Assembly (NCBI GenBank): GCA_963664825.1
Contig: OY761614.1
Span: 1,760,001-1,824,000, forward strand
Direction: 5' to 3'
DNA length: 64,000 bases
Source of the DNA: an uncultured Holophaga sp.
Lineage (GTDB): Bacteria; Acidobacteriota; Holophagae; Holophagales; Holophagaceae
Shown: positions 54,856 through 64,000 of the stretch, piece by piece
Layout of the letters: every line of letters starts with the position of its first letter
How positions within the stretch are numbered: position 1 is the stretch's first letter
Program-made: the position numbers and the translations under genes
The notes under the pieces: generated by a model
What the model saw: the letters and a program-made list of their open reading frames with translations, nothing else
Told to the model about the DNA's origin: nothing
The model's database searches: none

Positions 54856-55931
54856 AGGATGCCCTGGGGGCCATCCCCCGCCGCCTCCGCCAGCCCCTCA
54901 TCCTGGGGTTGACGGTGGGGGTGTTCATCCTGCAGACAGGCCTTCTCCTGGTGACTTGGCTGATGCCCAAAGGACTTCCCAATTCCCCCAACGCTCCGGC
55001 CCCGCTCTTCCCCGCGATGCTGGCTTACGCCATCGGCACGCTCTTTCTCTTTGGGCTCACGCCTCTCCCCTGGCAGTGGACTCGGGATGGCCGCGCGATG
55101 GCCTCCGTGGCCCTGGGGGTGATCCAATCCCTTGCGTTGAGCCTGCTTTATTCAGCCATTTCGATGTCGTTCCATTGGGGCCAGATCCGGCGTGCGACCG
55201 CACCCCTGGTGGCCATGTTTCCGGGCTTCAAGCTCTCCATGTTCCTGGCCGCGACGATCCTGTGGAGCGTCATCTTCCAGACGGTGATCGGGTACGCCCT
55301 GGCCCTCTGGGAGACGCGTCGGCGCGAGAAGGCCGAGGCGCAGCACCAGACGGAGGAGGCCCGCTGGAATCTCCTCAAGGCCCAGATGTCACCCCATGTG
55401 CTGCTCAATAGCCTCAACGGGCTGGCCGAGTTGGTGCGGGAGGACACGGAGGCCGCCGTGAAGGGCATGCGCGACCTGGCGGAGATCTACCGCCAGCTCC
55501 TGAGCTTCGGAGACGCGCCCAGGGTGCCCCTGGAGAAGGAACGCCGCCTGCTGGAGAGCTATCTGGCCGTAGAGCAGCTGCGGCTGGCCGAGCAGCTCCA
55601 AGTCCAGTGGGAATGGGATCCCCGGCTCGATGCCATCGAGACCCTTCCATTGCTGCTCCAGCCCCTGGTGGAGAACGCCCTCAAACACGGCATCGCGGCC
55701 GATCCCAAGGGAGGCCTCCTGCGTATCCAGGGCCGAATCGAAGGGAACTGCCTGCGCCTGACCGTAGCCAATACGGGCCAGGCCGCGTCTCCCCGCTCCT
55801 GTGGAACCGGCGTCGGATTGGCCAACCTGAAATCCCGTCTGGAACTGGCCTATGGCGACCGGGCCCACTTCCAGCTGTACCGGGAGTCGCCCTGGACTCG
55901 GGCGGAGCTTCAGATACCCTGGGAGGCGTGA
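54852..55931 (+). CDS. LytS-family sensor histidine kinase
   Basis: LKAQMSPHVLLNSLN, LQPLVENALKHG, NTG and GTGVGLANL..RL. Confidence 0.9.
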   Translation: MKDALGAIPRRLRQPLILGLTVGVFILQTGLLLVTWLMPKGLPNSPNAPAPLFPAMLAYAIGTLFLFGLTPLPWQWTRDGRAMASVALGVIQSLALSLLYSAISMSFHWGQIRRATAPLVAMFPGFKLSMFLAATILWSVIFQTVIGYALALWETRRREKAEAQHQTEEARWNLLKAQMSPHVLLNSLNGLAELVREDTEAAVKGMRDLAEIYRQLLSFGDAPRVPLEKERRLLESYLAVEQLRLAEQLQVQWEWDPRLDAIETLPLLLQPLVENALKHGIAADPKGGLLRIQGRIEGNCLRLTVANTGQAASPRSCGTGVGLANLKSRLELAYGDRAHFQLYRESPWTRAELQIPWEA

Positions 55932-56680
55932 TGACGCTGCGTACGGTCCTGGCCGATGACGAGCCCCTGGCGAGGCGGCGCTTGGCGCGTCTGCTCCGGG
56001 AGGCGGGCTGCGAAGTGTTGGCCGAATTGCCCGGCAGCGCCGAAGTGCTGGCTTGGTTTGAGTCGGGGCAGGAGGCGGACGCCCTCTTCCTGGATATCCA
56101 GATGCCCGGCCTCTCGGGACTGGAGGTGTTTGCCGAACTGGCTTCGCCGCCCCCGGTGGTTTTCGTGACAGCCCATGTCCAGTACGCCGTTCAGGCCTTT
56201 GAGGCCGCGGCCGTGGACTATCTCCTGAAGCCTGTCACGGAGGATCGCTTGGCCCGGACACTGGACCGCCTCCGCCAGCATCAGATCCCCCGCCGCAAGG
56301 GGCCCGAGATCGCCGCCCTGTTGCCAGGCCACGGTACCCGTTTTCCCGTCAGGGCCGGGGAAGGTTTCATCTTCCTGGACCTGAAGAAGGTCACCCATTT
56401 TGAAGTGGAGGACGAGATCGTTTCGGCCTGGGCCGATGCCCCCTACCGAACTTCCTGGAGCACGCTGGGCGAAGTAGAGGAGGCCTTCCCCGACGAGGAA
56501 CTGCTCCGCATCCATCGCCATCTATTGCTCCGGCCCTCCATGGTCCTGGGTTTCCGCCCCCTCCTGGGAGGTCGGGGCGAAGTGCGGGTGAACGGGGGAA
56601 AGAGCCTCGAGGTGAGTCGCAGTTCCGTGCCCAAGCTCAAGAGCGTCCTGGGACTGGCGGGGAAGGCAGACGACGCCTGA
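55931..56680 (+). CDS. LytTR-family response regulator
   Basis: DDEPLAR, FLDIQMPG, FVTA, DYLLKP and LytTR segment LRIHR..LEVSR. Confidence 0.92.
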   Translation: MTLRTVLADDEPLARRRLARLLREAGCEVLAELPGSAEVLAWFESGQEADALFLDIQMPGLSGLEVFAELASPPPVVFVTAHVQYAVQAFEAAAVDYLLKPVTEDRLARTLDRLRQHQIPRRKGPEIAALLPGHGTRFPVRAGEGFIFLDLKKVTHFEVEDEIVSAWADAPYRTSWSTLGEVEEAFPDEELLRIHRHLLLRPSMVLGFRPLLGGRGEVRVNGGKSLEVSRSSVPKLKSVLGLAGKADDA

Positions 56681-56791
56681 TGTCGGGGGCCGAGGGGTAA
56701 TGCGGCTCCTCCCCCAATTTCCCCTGAACCCTTCGACGCGAAGCTTAGAAAATAAGAAGTATTTGCTGGAAAACAAAAGTTCTGCGTCCCT

Positions 56792-58375
56792 TCATACCTG
56801 TCGGGCCACTGGGACTTCCAGGATGGCAAGCACTCCGTGTCCCGGCTTGCTCAGGATCCTGAACCCCCAGTTCTCCCGCTGCGCCGTGCAGGCCAGATGG
56901 AAGAGCCCGAGCCCTAGGCCCACCTTCTGGAACCCCTCGGCCTCCTGGATTCGGAAGCGGGTGAAGGGTTTCCCAAGCTCGTCCAGCTGGAGTGTGTCCA
57001 GGCCTTCACCCTGATCCTTGATCTGGATTTGTAGGCTGCGTCCCCGGTGTCGGGTCCGGAGAACGACGTTGCCCTTGCCATAAGAGAGGGCGTTCTCTAG
57101 TAGTGTGACAACCGCCGCCTTCAGCGTCGGCTCATGGACCCAAGCTGGGCAGGTGTCCAGCCGTAGAGCTAGGATGCGGTTCTCCATCCCAAAGATGGGC
57201 CCCAGGTCATACGCGATACCCTTGAACCAGTCCGGCTGCACCAGAGTGCGTTCTGGGGTATGGGGCGTCCTGCGGAAGCCTTGGAGGGTCTGGTTGATGA
57301 AGGCCGTGAGTTGGTCGACTTCCTTGCTGATCCTGAGCAGTTCCACCTCGGTCTGGACGCGGTTGAACTGTCCCAGGCGGATGCTGTCGCAGCGGAGCTT
57401 GAGCACCCCCAAGGGCGTCTTGAGGCTGTGGGTCATGGAGGCCATTCGGTCCATCTCAAGCCTCTCGCGCCGCCGCAGGCGCTGGTGCAGAACGCCCCCC
57501 ATAGAGACGCCAACCGGAAGCAGCAGGCTGAGGCCATAGGCCATCAGGCGCCAGTGTAAGAGCCTTGTCCGGTACCGGTTCAGCTCGGCCCAGGAAGGCA
57601 TAAAAACGAAGCGCCACTCGCGGAGGTAGGGGATGTTCGTTCCGTTCAGCACTGTGATCTGGGGCTGATTGACTCCCTTTGGGCACTCGGCCTGGAGGTT
57701 GGGGGGCAGACTCCAAGTTGGATTCACAGGGCCGATCTGTTCATCCGGCCTCACCCGTTGGAGTCCTACACGGAAGCGACTGTCCATGTCCAGGTGTTGC
57801 CGGAGGTATCGTTCTACCTCCGGGCTACCTATGCGCCAGCGGACTACCACGTACCAGGGGCCACTCCGGCAGACCACGAGCATCTCACTGTTATAAAATT
57901 GGTTATCCTCCTTGGATGTATTCCAGACTTCTGCCCCGGACCGGATCGCGCGCTTCATCCAACGGACGAGTACCTGGTCATCCGGCCCTTGGCCCGGGGC
58001 ACGGAAGCGGTCATTCTCCCGCACGGCCAGGGTCCTGCCGTCTGCCGAAGTCATAGCCACTACAAGGGGATGGCTCTGGAGGTATCCCACAAGGTCCGGA
58101 TCGTTGATCCCATGGAAGGCGGGTAGCTGGAATTCGTTCCAGGTATTCAGAATGAGATGCAGGTGGGCAGGGGTCCTAGACCGCCACTCACTCCAATAAG
58201 TCCCCGTCTGCTCGTTGATCCAGATCTGGGGGATGACTGCAATGACTGGAATGAAGAGCAGCAAGTTGAGGAAGTGGAACAAGGCATAGGGATGCTTTGC
58301 CAGCAGACCTGGAAGGCGAAGAGTCCGCTTTGGGGTCTGGAAGCGGCTCAGGACACGGGCACGGAGAATGGGCAT
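56792..58375 (-). CDS. membrane sensor histidine kinase
   Basis: Two TM segments, MTHSLKTPL H-box, LLENA, DQGEG and GLGLGL. Start uncertain. Confidence 0.82.
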   Translation of the reverse strand: MPILRARVLSRFQTPKRTLRLPGLLAKHPYALFHFLNLLLFIPVIAVIPQIWINEQTGTYWSEWRSRTPAHLHLILNTWNEFQLPAFHGINDPDLVGYLQSHPLVVAMTSADGRTLAVRENDRFRAPGQGPDDQVLVRWMKRAIRSGAEVWNTSKEDNQFYNSEMLVVCRSGPWYVVVRWRIGSPEVERYLRQHLDMDSRFRVGLQRVRPDEQIGPVNPTWSLPPNLQAECPKGVNQPQITVLNGTNIPYLREWRFVFMPSWAELNRYRTRLLHWRLMAYGLSLLLPVGVSMGGVLHQRLRRRERLEMDRMASMTHSLKTPLGVLKLRCDSIRLGQFNRVQTEVELLRISKEVDQLTAFINQTLQGFRRTPHTPERTLVQPDWFKGIAYDLGPIFGMENRILALRLDTCPAWVHEPTLKAAVVTLLENALSYGKGNVVLRTRHRGRSLQIQIKDQGEGLDTLQLDELGKPFTRFRIQEAEGFQKVGLGLGLFHLACTAQRENWGFRILSKPGHGVLAILEVPVARQV

Positions 58376-58382
58376 GGGGGCC

Positions 58383-59111
58383 TTAGGAACGAGAGCAGAG
58401 TTGGACAGGATGGGCCCAGCGGTAACCGATCCCCTCAACCGTGGCGAGCATGTCCTTTCGGAAACCAAGAGCTTTTCGGATGCTGTACACATGGACATCC
58501 ACGACCCGATCGCTGCTGGGCCGGAACTCGGCAGTCCACGTCAGGTTGATGAGTTCCTCCCGGCTGTGAACATGACCCGGGCGCAACATCAGCAATTCGA
58601 GAATCCTCAAACCATGGAGGCCGATGTCCAACTTCTTCTGGCCTTTTCGGAAGGTCATCTTCTCCCGGTCCAGCGTGAATGGGCCCGAGGCCAGAATCAC
58701 TTGGTCGGAGCTGATTGCGTCATGGTGTGTCCGGCGGAGGATCGCCTTGATGCGTGAGAGCAGTTCCAGAACCGAGAACGGTTTCGTAAGGTAATCGTCC
58801 GCCCCCAGATCGAAACCTTTAATCTTTGTCTCCTCTTCGCCCCGGGCAGTGAGCAACAGGACTGGTACCTCCAGTTCTGCAGAACGGATTTGCCGCAGGA
58901 CCTGGAAACCGTCTACGTGCGGAAGCATGAGGTCCAGCAGTATCAGATTGAAGGGGGTATTTCGGTGCAGCTCCACAACGGGCTTGCCATCGGTGGCGGT
59001 GGTCACGGCATAGCCCTCCCGTTCCAGGTTCGCCTTGATCATGGCCAGCATTTGTTCCTCGTCCTCCACCACGAGGATGCTGATGGAGGATGGGATGGGA
59101 GGAAGTGGCAT
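58383..59111 (-). CDS. OmpR-family response regulator
   Basis: ILVVEDE, LLDLMLP, LTAR, GADDYLTKPF and VVDVHV..IRK.L..TVEGIGY. Confidence 0.93.
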   Translation of the reverse strand: MPLPPIPSSISILVVEDEEQMLAMIKANLEREGYAVTTATDGKPVVELHRNTPFNLILLDLMLPHVDGFQVLRQIRSAELEVPVLLLTARGEEETKIKGFDLGADDYLTKPFSVLELLSRIKAILRRTHHDAISSDQVILASGPFTLDREKMTFRKGQKKLDIGLHGLRILELLMLRPGHVHSREELINLTWTAEFRPSSDRVVDVHVYSIRKALGFRKDMLATVEGIGYRWAHPVQLCSRS

Positions 59112-59462
59112 CGTTGGCGGTTCATGAACCCATTCCGAGGGGGAGAGCTGGGTATTTTCAAACATCACCGAAGGAGCGCTGTCCTTCAACCCCTTTTCTG
59201 TTCCTGTGATCCATGCCATGGCGTCCCTTCCGGGTCTCTGATCCTAGGCGGGCCACACATCAGGGACACGATAAAGGATGTGAAATGCTGTCGAGCTATA
59301 AGTTGGTGCAACGGTGTGGCTTAACCGACGATTACGTTTCATGTCGTTTCACTGGATCACCTTCTTGCCCGGGAATAGCCTGTTCTGGACCTGATCCGGT
59401 TTCATTTGCAAGCACGGGTATCCGTCCGTTCCACGTCTTCCATGGATCGATAAGGAGTCCAC

Positions 59463-61829
59463 ATGGTGTCGCATGTTCACCTGCACCTCAGCTTGGTCGC
59501 CCTGCTGGCCGCAGGGGCGCCACTTCCGGCCGGAGTGGGGCTCCGGCCTCTTCTTGCCGAACGGATCACGGCCATCCGGGCACAGCAGCCGGAACGCGCC
59601 CTCCGGCTGGCCCGGAGCCTCGAGGCCGAAAAGAGCTCCCTGGGGCTCGGCGCCCTGGATGGCATCCAGGAATACAACCGGATAACTGACGCCTACGGTT
59701 TCACACACGTTCGTTACCACCAGACCTACCGGGGTGTGGAAGTGTTTAACGGCGCGATCCTGGGCCACATGGACGCCGATGGTCGTGTGACCGCGCCCCA
59801 TGCCACCGTGCAGGGGGGCATCGACCTTCCGCCTGTCACCATGCTGGATGAAGCGAAGATCCGCGAAATCGTGGCGGCGAACGTGTCGGCCGAGGGAAGG
59901 CTCTGGCCGGTCCAGGTGAGGCCGTTGGTCTTTCCCACCAAATACCAGGATGGCCTCAAGTTCAAGCGTGACGCCCAGAACATCCTGCAGCTGGATGTCG
60001 ACGGCAGTGTGCCCGTGCGGCGCAAGACAAAGCCATACTGCTGGGCCTTTCGGGCCAGCGCCATGCAGTCCACGGACCATGGCTTGGTAGGCACCGAATT
60101 CGTCATCGACGGGCTGACGGGCGCGGTCCTGAAGAAGTGGGACGGGATGCAGCATGCGGCCCCGGACGTGCCCGCCGTGGGTGTGGGCGAGAGCCAGTAC
60201 AACGGCCGGGTCTCCATAAACACGCTGCAGATCGGCGACAGCGGCCTGTACACACTGCGCGACACCACGCGCGCCACGCAGCCTTGGCCCGACCCACAAC
60301 AGCTCGGCTGGGCGGAATGGGGGGGCATCGGATCTCAGACCCTGGCCTACGATCCCTCTTCCTCCGCCTGGAGCCAGACCTCGCCCTTCACCAACGCCAC
60401 CAACACCTGGGGAAACGGTAAGCCCTTTGTATGGGCTGCCGACTTTCCCGCAAACCTCTTCCAGGCTGTGGGGCAAACGGCTGCAGTGGATGCCCACTAT
60501 TCCATCCAGTCCACCTGGGACTACTACGAGAAGGTTCTGGGACGTCACGGCGGCATCGATGGCCTCGGGAGCTCCGTGGTCAGCGTCGTGCACAAGAGCG
60601 AGGCGACCGGGGCTCCCATGAACAACGCGGGCTGGAACTCCAGCTGGTTCTGCATGGAATACGGGGATGGCAGCGAGACCGGGCCCTTGACCGCTTTGGA
60701 CATCGCGGCCCACGAGATGAGTCACGGCGTCATGAGCTACACTGCACAGCTGAGTGGGGAAGGCTTCGAAAGTGCCGGGTTGAATGAAGCCAATTCGGAC
60801 ATCCACGCCACCATGGTGAAGTACTACTACTGGGGCGCTGGTGGCCATGGGAATGCGGTGCCCGACTCCACCAATGCCGTGCCGGATGGGCGGAATACCT
60901 GGGATTACCTCTGGACAACGGGGCCCCAGCTCTCCAAGGATGGCGTTACGCCTATGCGCTGGCTCTACAAGCCCAGCAAGGATGGAATGAGCTATGACGC
61001 CTGGTTCGATGGGGTTGGCATTGATGATTGCCACTTCAGCATGGGGCCTGGTATCCGCGCCTTCTACTTCTTGAGCCGCGGCGCCTCCAGTGACGCGAAG
61101 CAGGAGACCTACTCGGCCTACCTGCCCGGGGGCATGGCCGGGATCGGGAACGACAAGGCCATTCACATCTGGTATCACGCTATGGCCACCAAGGTGACCG
61201 ATGCTATGGCCGATTACCACGCCATCCGTGAGTCCATGATCGCCTCTGCCAAGGAACTCTATCCCGGAACGGGGGATGCCGATTCTGCGGAGATGGCCGC
61301 GATGAAGAATGCCTTCGCCGCCGTGAATGTGGGCGCCCCCGCCAGTGGCAAGGAACCTGTGTCCGTCAGCTTCGCCTACGATCCCAACTGTGACCTCGGC
61401 TACAAGAAGATAATCGTGTGGCCGGCTCTCGTCTCCATGCCCCTGCCCAAACCCACGGTGAGCCATGCGGCAGACACCTCCGTGACCTGGAGTCTGGGCG
61501 GCCTGTCCTACCTGTCGCCCTTAGGCGGTCGTCTGGAAGACGGCGACAAGTTCATCGGGCCCTACATCGCTAGGGGCGGTGCCTTCCCCGTCAAGGCCAC
61601 AAGCAAGGAGGATCCCACGAAGTTCGCGGTGGATCTCGTCTACGTGGCCCAGCTCGACACCGACAGCGACTTCGAAACCGACGCCTGCGATCTGGGTGCC
61701 CTGGCCCACGACCTCTTCTGGGTCTGGAAAAGCTACCCGGCCGCCAACATCTGGGGAAACAGGATGGGTTGCGATGACGTTTCCATTGACCTCTTCCTCC
61801 AGGGCTTTAACAACGCGTTCAATCAGTGA
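59463..61829 (+). CDS. M4 (thermolysin-like) secreted metallopeptidase, copy 1
   Basis: TAAGGAG RBS, FTP propeptide (HVRYHQTYRGVEV), NNAGW, AHEMSHG and GLNEANSD. C-terminal Ig-like region and DTDSD EF-hand/dockerin-like motif. Confidence 0.92.
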   Translation: MVSHVHLHLSLVALLAAGAPLPAGVGLRPLLAERITAIRAQQPERALRLARSLEAEKSSLGLGALDGIQEYNRITDAYGFTHVRYHQTYRGVEVFNGAILGHMDADGRVTAPHATVQGGIDLPPVTMLDEAKIREIVAANVSAEGRLWPVQVRPLVFPTKYQDGLKFKRDAQNILQLDVDGSVPVRRKTKPYCWAFRASAMQSTDHGLVGTEFVIDGLTGAVLKKWDGMQHAAPDVPAVGVGESQYNGRVSINTLQIGDSGLYTLRDTTRATQPWPDPQQLGWAEWGGIGSQTLAYDPSSSAWSQTSPFTNATNTWGNGKPFVWAADFPANLFQAVGQTAAVDAHYSIQSTWDYYEKVLGRHGGIDGLGSSVVSVVHKSEATGAPMNNAGWNSSWFCMEYGDGSETGPLTALDIAAHEMSHGVMSYTAQLSGEGFESAGLNEANSDIHATMVKYYYWGAGGHGNAVPDSTNAVPDGRNTWDYLWTTGPQLSKDGVTPMRWLYKPSKDGMSYDAWFDGVGIDDCHFSMGPGIRAFYFLSRGASSDAKQETYSAYLPGGMAGIGNDKAIHIWYHAMATKVTDAMADYHAIRESMIASAKELYPGTGDADSAEMAAMKNAFAAVNVGAPASGKEPVSVSFAYDPNCDLGYKKIIVWPALVSMPLPKPTVSHAADTSVTWSLGGLSYLSPLGGRLEDGDKFIGPYIARGGAFPVKATSKEDPTKFAVDLVYVAQLDTDSDFETDACDLGALAHDLFWVWKSYPAANIWGNRMGCDDVSIDLFLQGFNNAFNQ

Positions 61830-61837
61830 GGTGATCC

Positions 61838-62506
61838 GTGAGAATCGCTATTCGTTTGGTACCGCTTGCGGCGCTGCTGCTCCTTTCTGCCTGTGGCGGT
61901 GGCCATGACCGCGCTGTCGCCCCCGCCCCGGCTACGAGCCTCACCTATGTGGATCCCAACGCCTCTCCATCCGAATGGAAGCTCGTGAAGGATGCGTCAA
62001 GCACCAAGGGAAGCCTCGTGCTGAACCTGGTGGGTCCCTCGGATGGCACCAAGTACAGGGGCGTCGGCTTCACCCTGCAGGCCGATACCAAACTGGTGAA
62101 GTTCGAGAAGTTCAAGGACTCCAATGACAAACCTCTGGGCTACTACAAGGATGGCGGCGTTTTCCGGGACACCTTCCTGGACACCAGTGACACCACGCCG
62201 GTGGATATTCCTCCAACCCTGCAGGTGGGTGGCGTGAACCACGACAAGCTGATGGTTGGCATCTTCCAGAAGGGGGATGACGAGATCTTCTACCAGGCTC
62301 GAGGCATCTTGGGGCCCAACGCCAAGGGCTGTAACGCCACGGTGCTGCAGGTGGTCATCGGTTTCGACGAAAGCCTGAAGGCTCCCAAGGGGGATGTTCC
62401 CTTGAAGATCCTTAAGGCCAGGGTGATGCCCGAGCACGTCGACGGCACGCCCGCGGGCCAGATCCAGGACATCTCCCTCAAAGTGGGGGCGCTTACCCTC
62501 GATTAG
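61838..62506 (+). CDS. lipoprotein associated with the M4 peptidase
   Basis: GAGGTG RBS and lipobox LLSAC-GGG. Confidence 0.75.
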   Translation: MRIAIRLVPLAALLLLSACGGGHDRAVAPAPATSLTYVDPNASPSEWKLVKDASSTKGSLVLNLVGPSDGTKYRGVGFTLQADTKLVKFEKFKDSNDKPLGYYKDGGVFRDTFLDTSDTTPVDIPPTLQVGGVNHDKLMVGIFQKGDDEIFYQARGILGPNAKGCNATVLQVVIGFDESLKAPKGDVPLKILKARVMPEHVDGTPAGQIQDISLKVGALTLD

Positions 62507-62673
62507 CCCCGCTGGGCTTGGAGCGGACAAGATCCACCCCTAGTCGGCGCCCCTGATCCGTTCAGTTGGAGTCCCATCCCCCTGGGGCCCATGCCTTGAA
62601 CTTGGTCTGGTTCTATTTGCAAACACGAGTATTTGCGCGTTCCACGTCTTCCATGGATCGATAAGGAGTCCAC

Positions 62674-64000
62674 ATGGTGTCGCATGTTTACCTGCACCTC
62701 AGCCTGGTTGCCCTGCTGGTCGCAGGGGCGCCACTTTCGGCCGGAGTGGGGCTCCGCCCTCTCCCCGCCGAAGGGATCGCAGCTGTTCGGGCACAGCAGC
62801 CGGAACGCGCCCTCCGGCTGGCCCGGAGTCTCGAGGCCGAAAAGAGTTCCCTGGGGCTCGGGGCTCTGGATGGCATCCAGGAATACAACCGGATAACTGA
62901 CGCCTACGGCTTCACACACGTTCGTTTCCACCAGACCTACCGGGGCGTGGAAGTGTTCAACGGCACAATCCTGGGCCACATGGATGCCGATGGTCGCGTG
63001 ATCGCGCCCCACGCCACCGTGCAGGAGGGCATCGATCTTCCGTCCGTCACCCTGCTGGATGTAGCAAAGGTCCGCGCGATCGTGGCGGCGAGCCTGCCGG
63101 TCCAAGGAGGGCTCTGGCCGATCCTGGTGAAGCCGGTGGTCTTCCCCACCCGGTACCAGGACGGTTTCCAGTCCAAGCGCGACGCCGAGGGTTTCCTGAT
63201 GCTGGACCTAGACGGCGGTCTGCCGGCGCCGCACAAGGCAAAGCCCTACTGCTGGGCCTTTCGGGCCAGCACCATGCAGTCCACGGCCCACGGTTTGGTG
63301 GGCACCGAATTCATCATCGACGGCCTGACGGGCGCGGTCCTGAAGAAGTGGGACGGGATGCAGCATGCGGCCCCGGACGTGCCCTCCGTGGGCATGGGTG
63401 AGAGCCAGTACAGCGGCCGGGTTACCCTCAATACGGTGCAGCTCGGTGACAGTAGCCTATACACCCTGCGCGACACCACGCGCGCCACGAAGCCCTGGCT
63501 TCACGCCGAGGAGTCCTCTTGGACCGAATGGGGGGGCATCGGATCCCAGACCGTGGCCTATGATCCCAATGGGCCCAACAAGGACGCCACCTGCACCACG
63601 CCGTATACCAACGCCACCAACACCTGGGGCAATGGCAAGCCCTTCGATTGGTCCACCGACTTTCCCGGCAACCTCTTCCAGGCCATAGGTCAAACGGCTG
63701 CAGCGGACGCTCACTACGCCATCCAGTCCACCTGGGACTACTACGAAAAGGTCCTGGGACGCCCTGGCGGCATTGATGGAGATGGGCATTCCGCGATCAG
63801 CATCGTGCATGTGGATGACGGGAATGGGGGCGCCCTGGCGAATGCCGGCTGGAACGAGGGCTATTTCCTCATGCAGTACGGAGATGGAAGCGTTACCGGC
63901 CCCCTGACCACCCTGGATGTCGCGGCCCATGAAATGAGTCACGGCGTGATGAGCTACACCGCGAAGCTGCAGGGGAATATCGGAGAGGCCGGCGGCCTGA
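62674..64000 (+). CDS. M4 metallopeptidase, copy 2 (3' partial)
   Basis: Near-identical 5' end to copy 1. In-frame AHEMSHG near the window end. Confidence 0.9.
   Translation, partial: MVSHVYLHLSLVALLVAGAPLSAGVGLRPLPAEGIAAVRAQQPERALRLARSLEAEKSSLGLGALDGIQEYNRITDAYGFTHVRFHQTYRGVEVFNGTILGHMDADGRVIAPHATVQEGIDLPSVTLLDVAKVRAIVAASLPVQGGLWPILVKPVVFPTRYQDGFQSKRDAEGFLMLDLDGGLPAPHKAKPYCWAFRASTMQSTAHGLVGTEFIIDGLTGAVLKKWDGMQHAAPDVPSVGMGESQYSGRVTLNTVQLGDSSLYTLRDTTRATKPWLHAEESSWTEWGGIGSQTVAYDPNGPNKDATCTTPYTNATNTWGNGKPFDWSTDFPGNLFQAIGQTAAADAHYAIQSTWDYYEKVLGRPGGIDGDGHSAISIVHVDDGNGGALANAGWNEGYFLMQYGDGSVTGPLTTLDVAAHEMSHGVMSYTAKLQGNIGEAGGL

Larger units (their letters stand above)
59400..64000 (+). repeat. tandem duplication, unit about 3.2 kb
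   Basis: CGTTCCACGTCTTCCATGGATCGATAAGGAGTCCACATGGTGTCGCATGTT occurs around both ATG 59463 and ATG 62674 (offset 3211). Confidence 0.85.

Noticed and set aside
1..64000. CRISPR arrays, tRNA/rRNA genes, transposases or integrases
   Set aside because: I saw no regularly spaced repeats, cloverleaf or rRNA-like sequence, or DDE/tyrosine recombinase motifs by eye. A dedicated scan was not possible.

Overview
A GC-rich bacterial chromosomal window. Gene style and content suggest an anaerobe such as Holophagaceae/Geothrix (Acidobacteriota); this is an inference, not a database result. The left end (1-10 kb) holds housekeeping genes: tsaB-rimI, an orphan DNA methyltransferase, an NtrY-like kinase, apt, acyP, an acyl-CoA dehydrogenase and an ABC-F ATPase. 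The centre (10.5-39 kb) is a ~28 kb type II FAS/PKS lipid biosynthetic cluster. Its left arm carries a glycosyltransferase, an alpha/beta-hydrolase-radical SAM fusion, three tandem B12-dependent radical SAM enzymes, an acyltransferase, an ACP and a KS/CLF pair, resembling 'ladderane-type' lipid islands. Its right arm is an aryl-polyene (ape)-like operon that lacks the genes the left and middle parts appear to supply. Next come a small AT-richer islet (wHTH gene plus a 47-aa ORF under a switch-like RNA leader) and a dsrC-dsrM/hmcE-dsrK/hmcF-cysteine desulfurase operon with no dsrAB in the window. The remainder holds LPS genes (kdsC, lpxB), a Ser/Thr kinase, an intergenic element with pseudoknot topology, a LytS pseudokinase/kinase/LytTR trio, an OmpR-type two-component system and a tandem duplication of M4 metalloprotease genes running off the right end. 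I saw no rRNA, tRNA, CRISPR array or transposase. All family calls come from motif recognition by eye; no searches were run.
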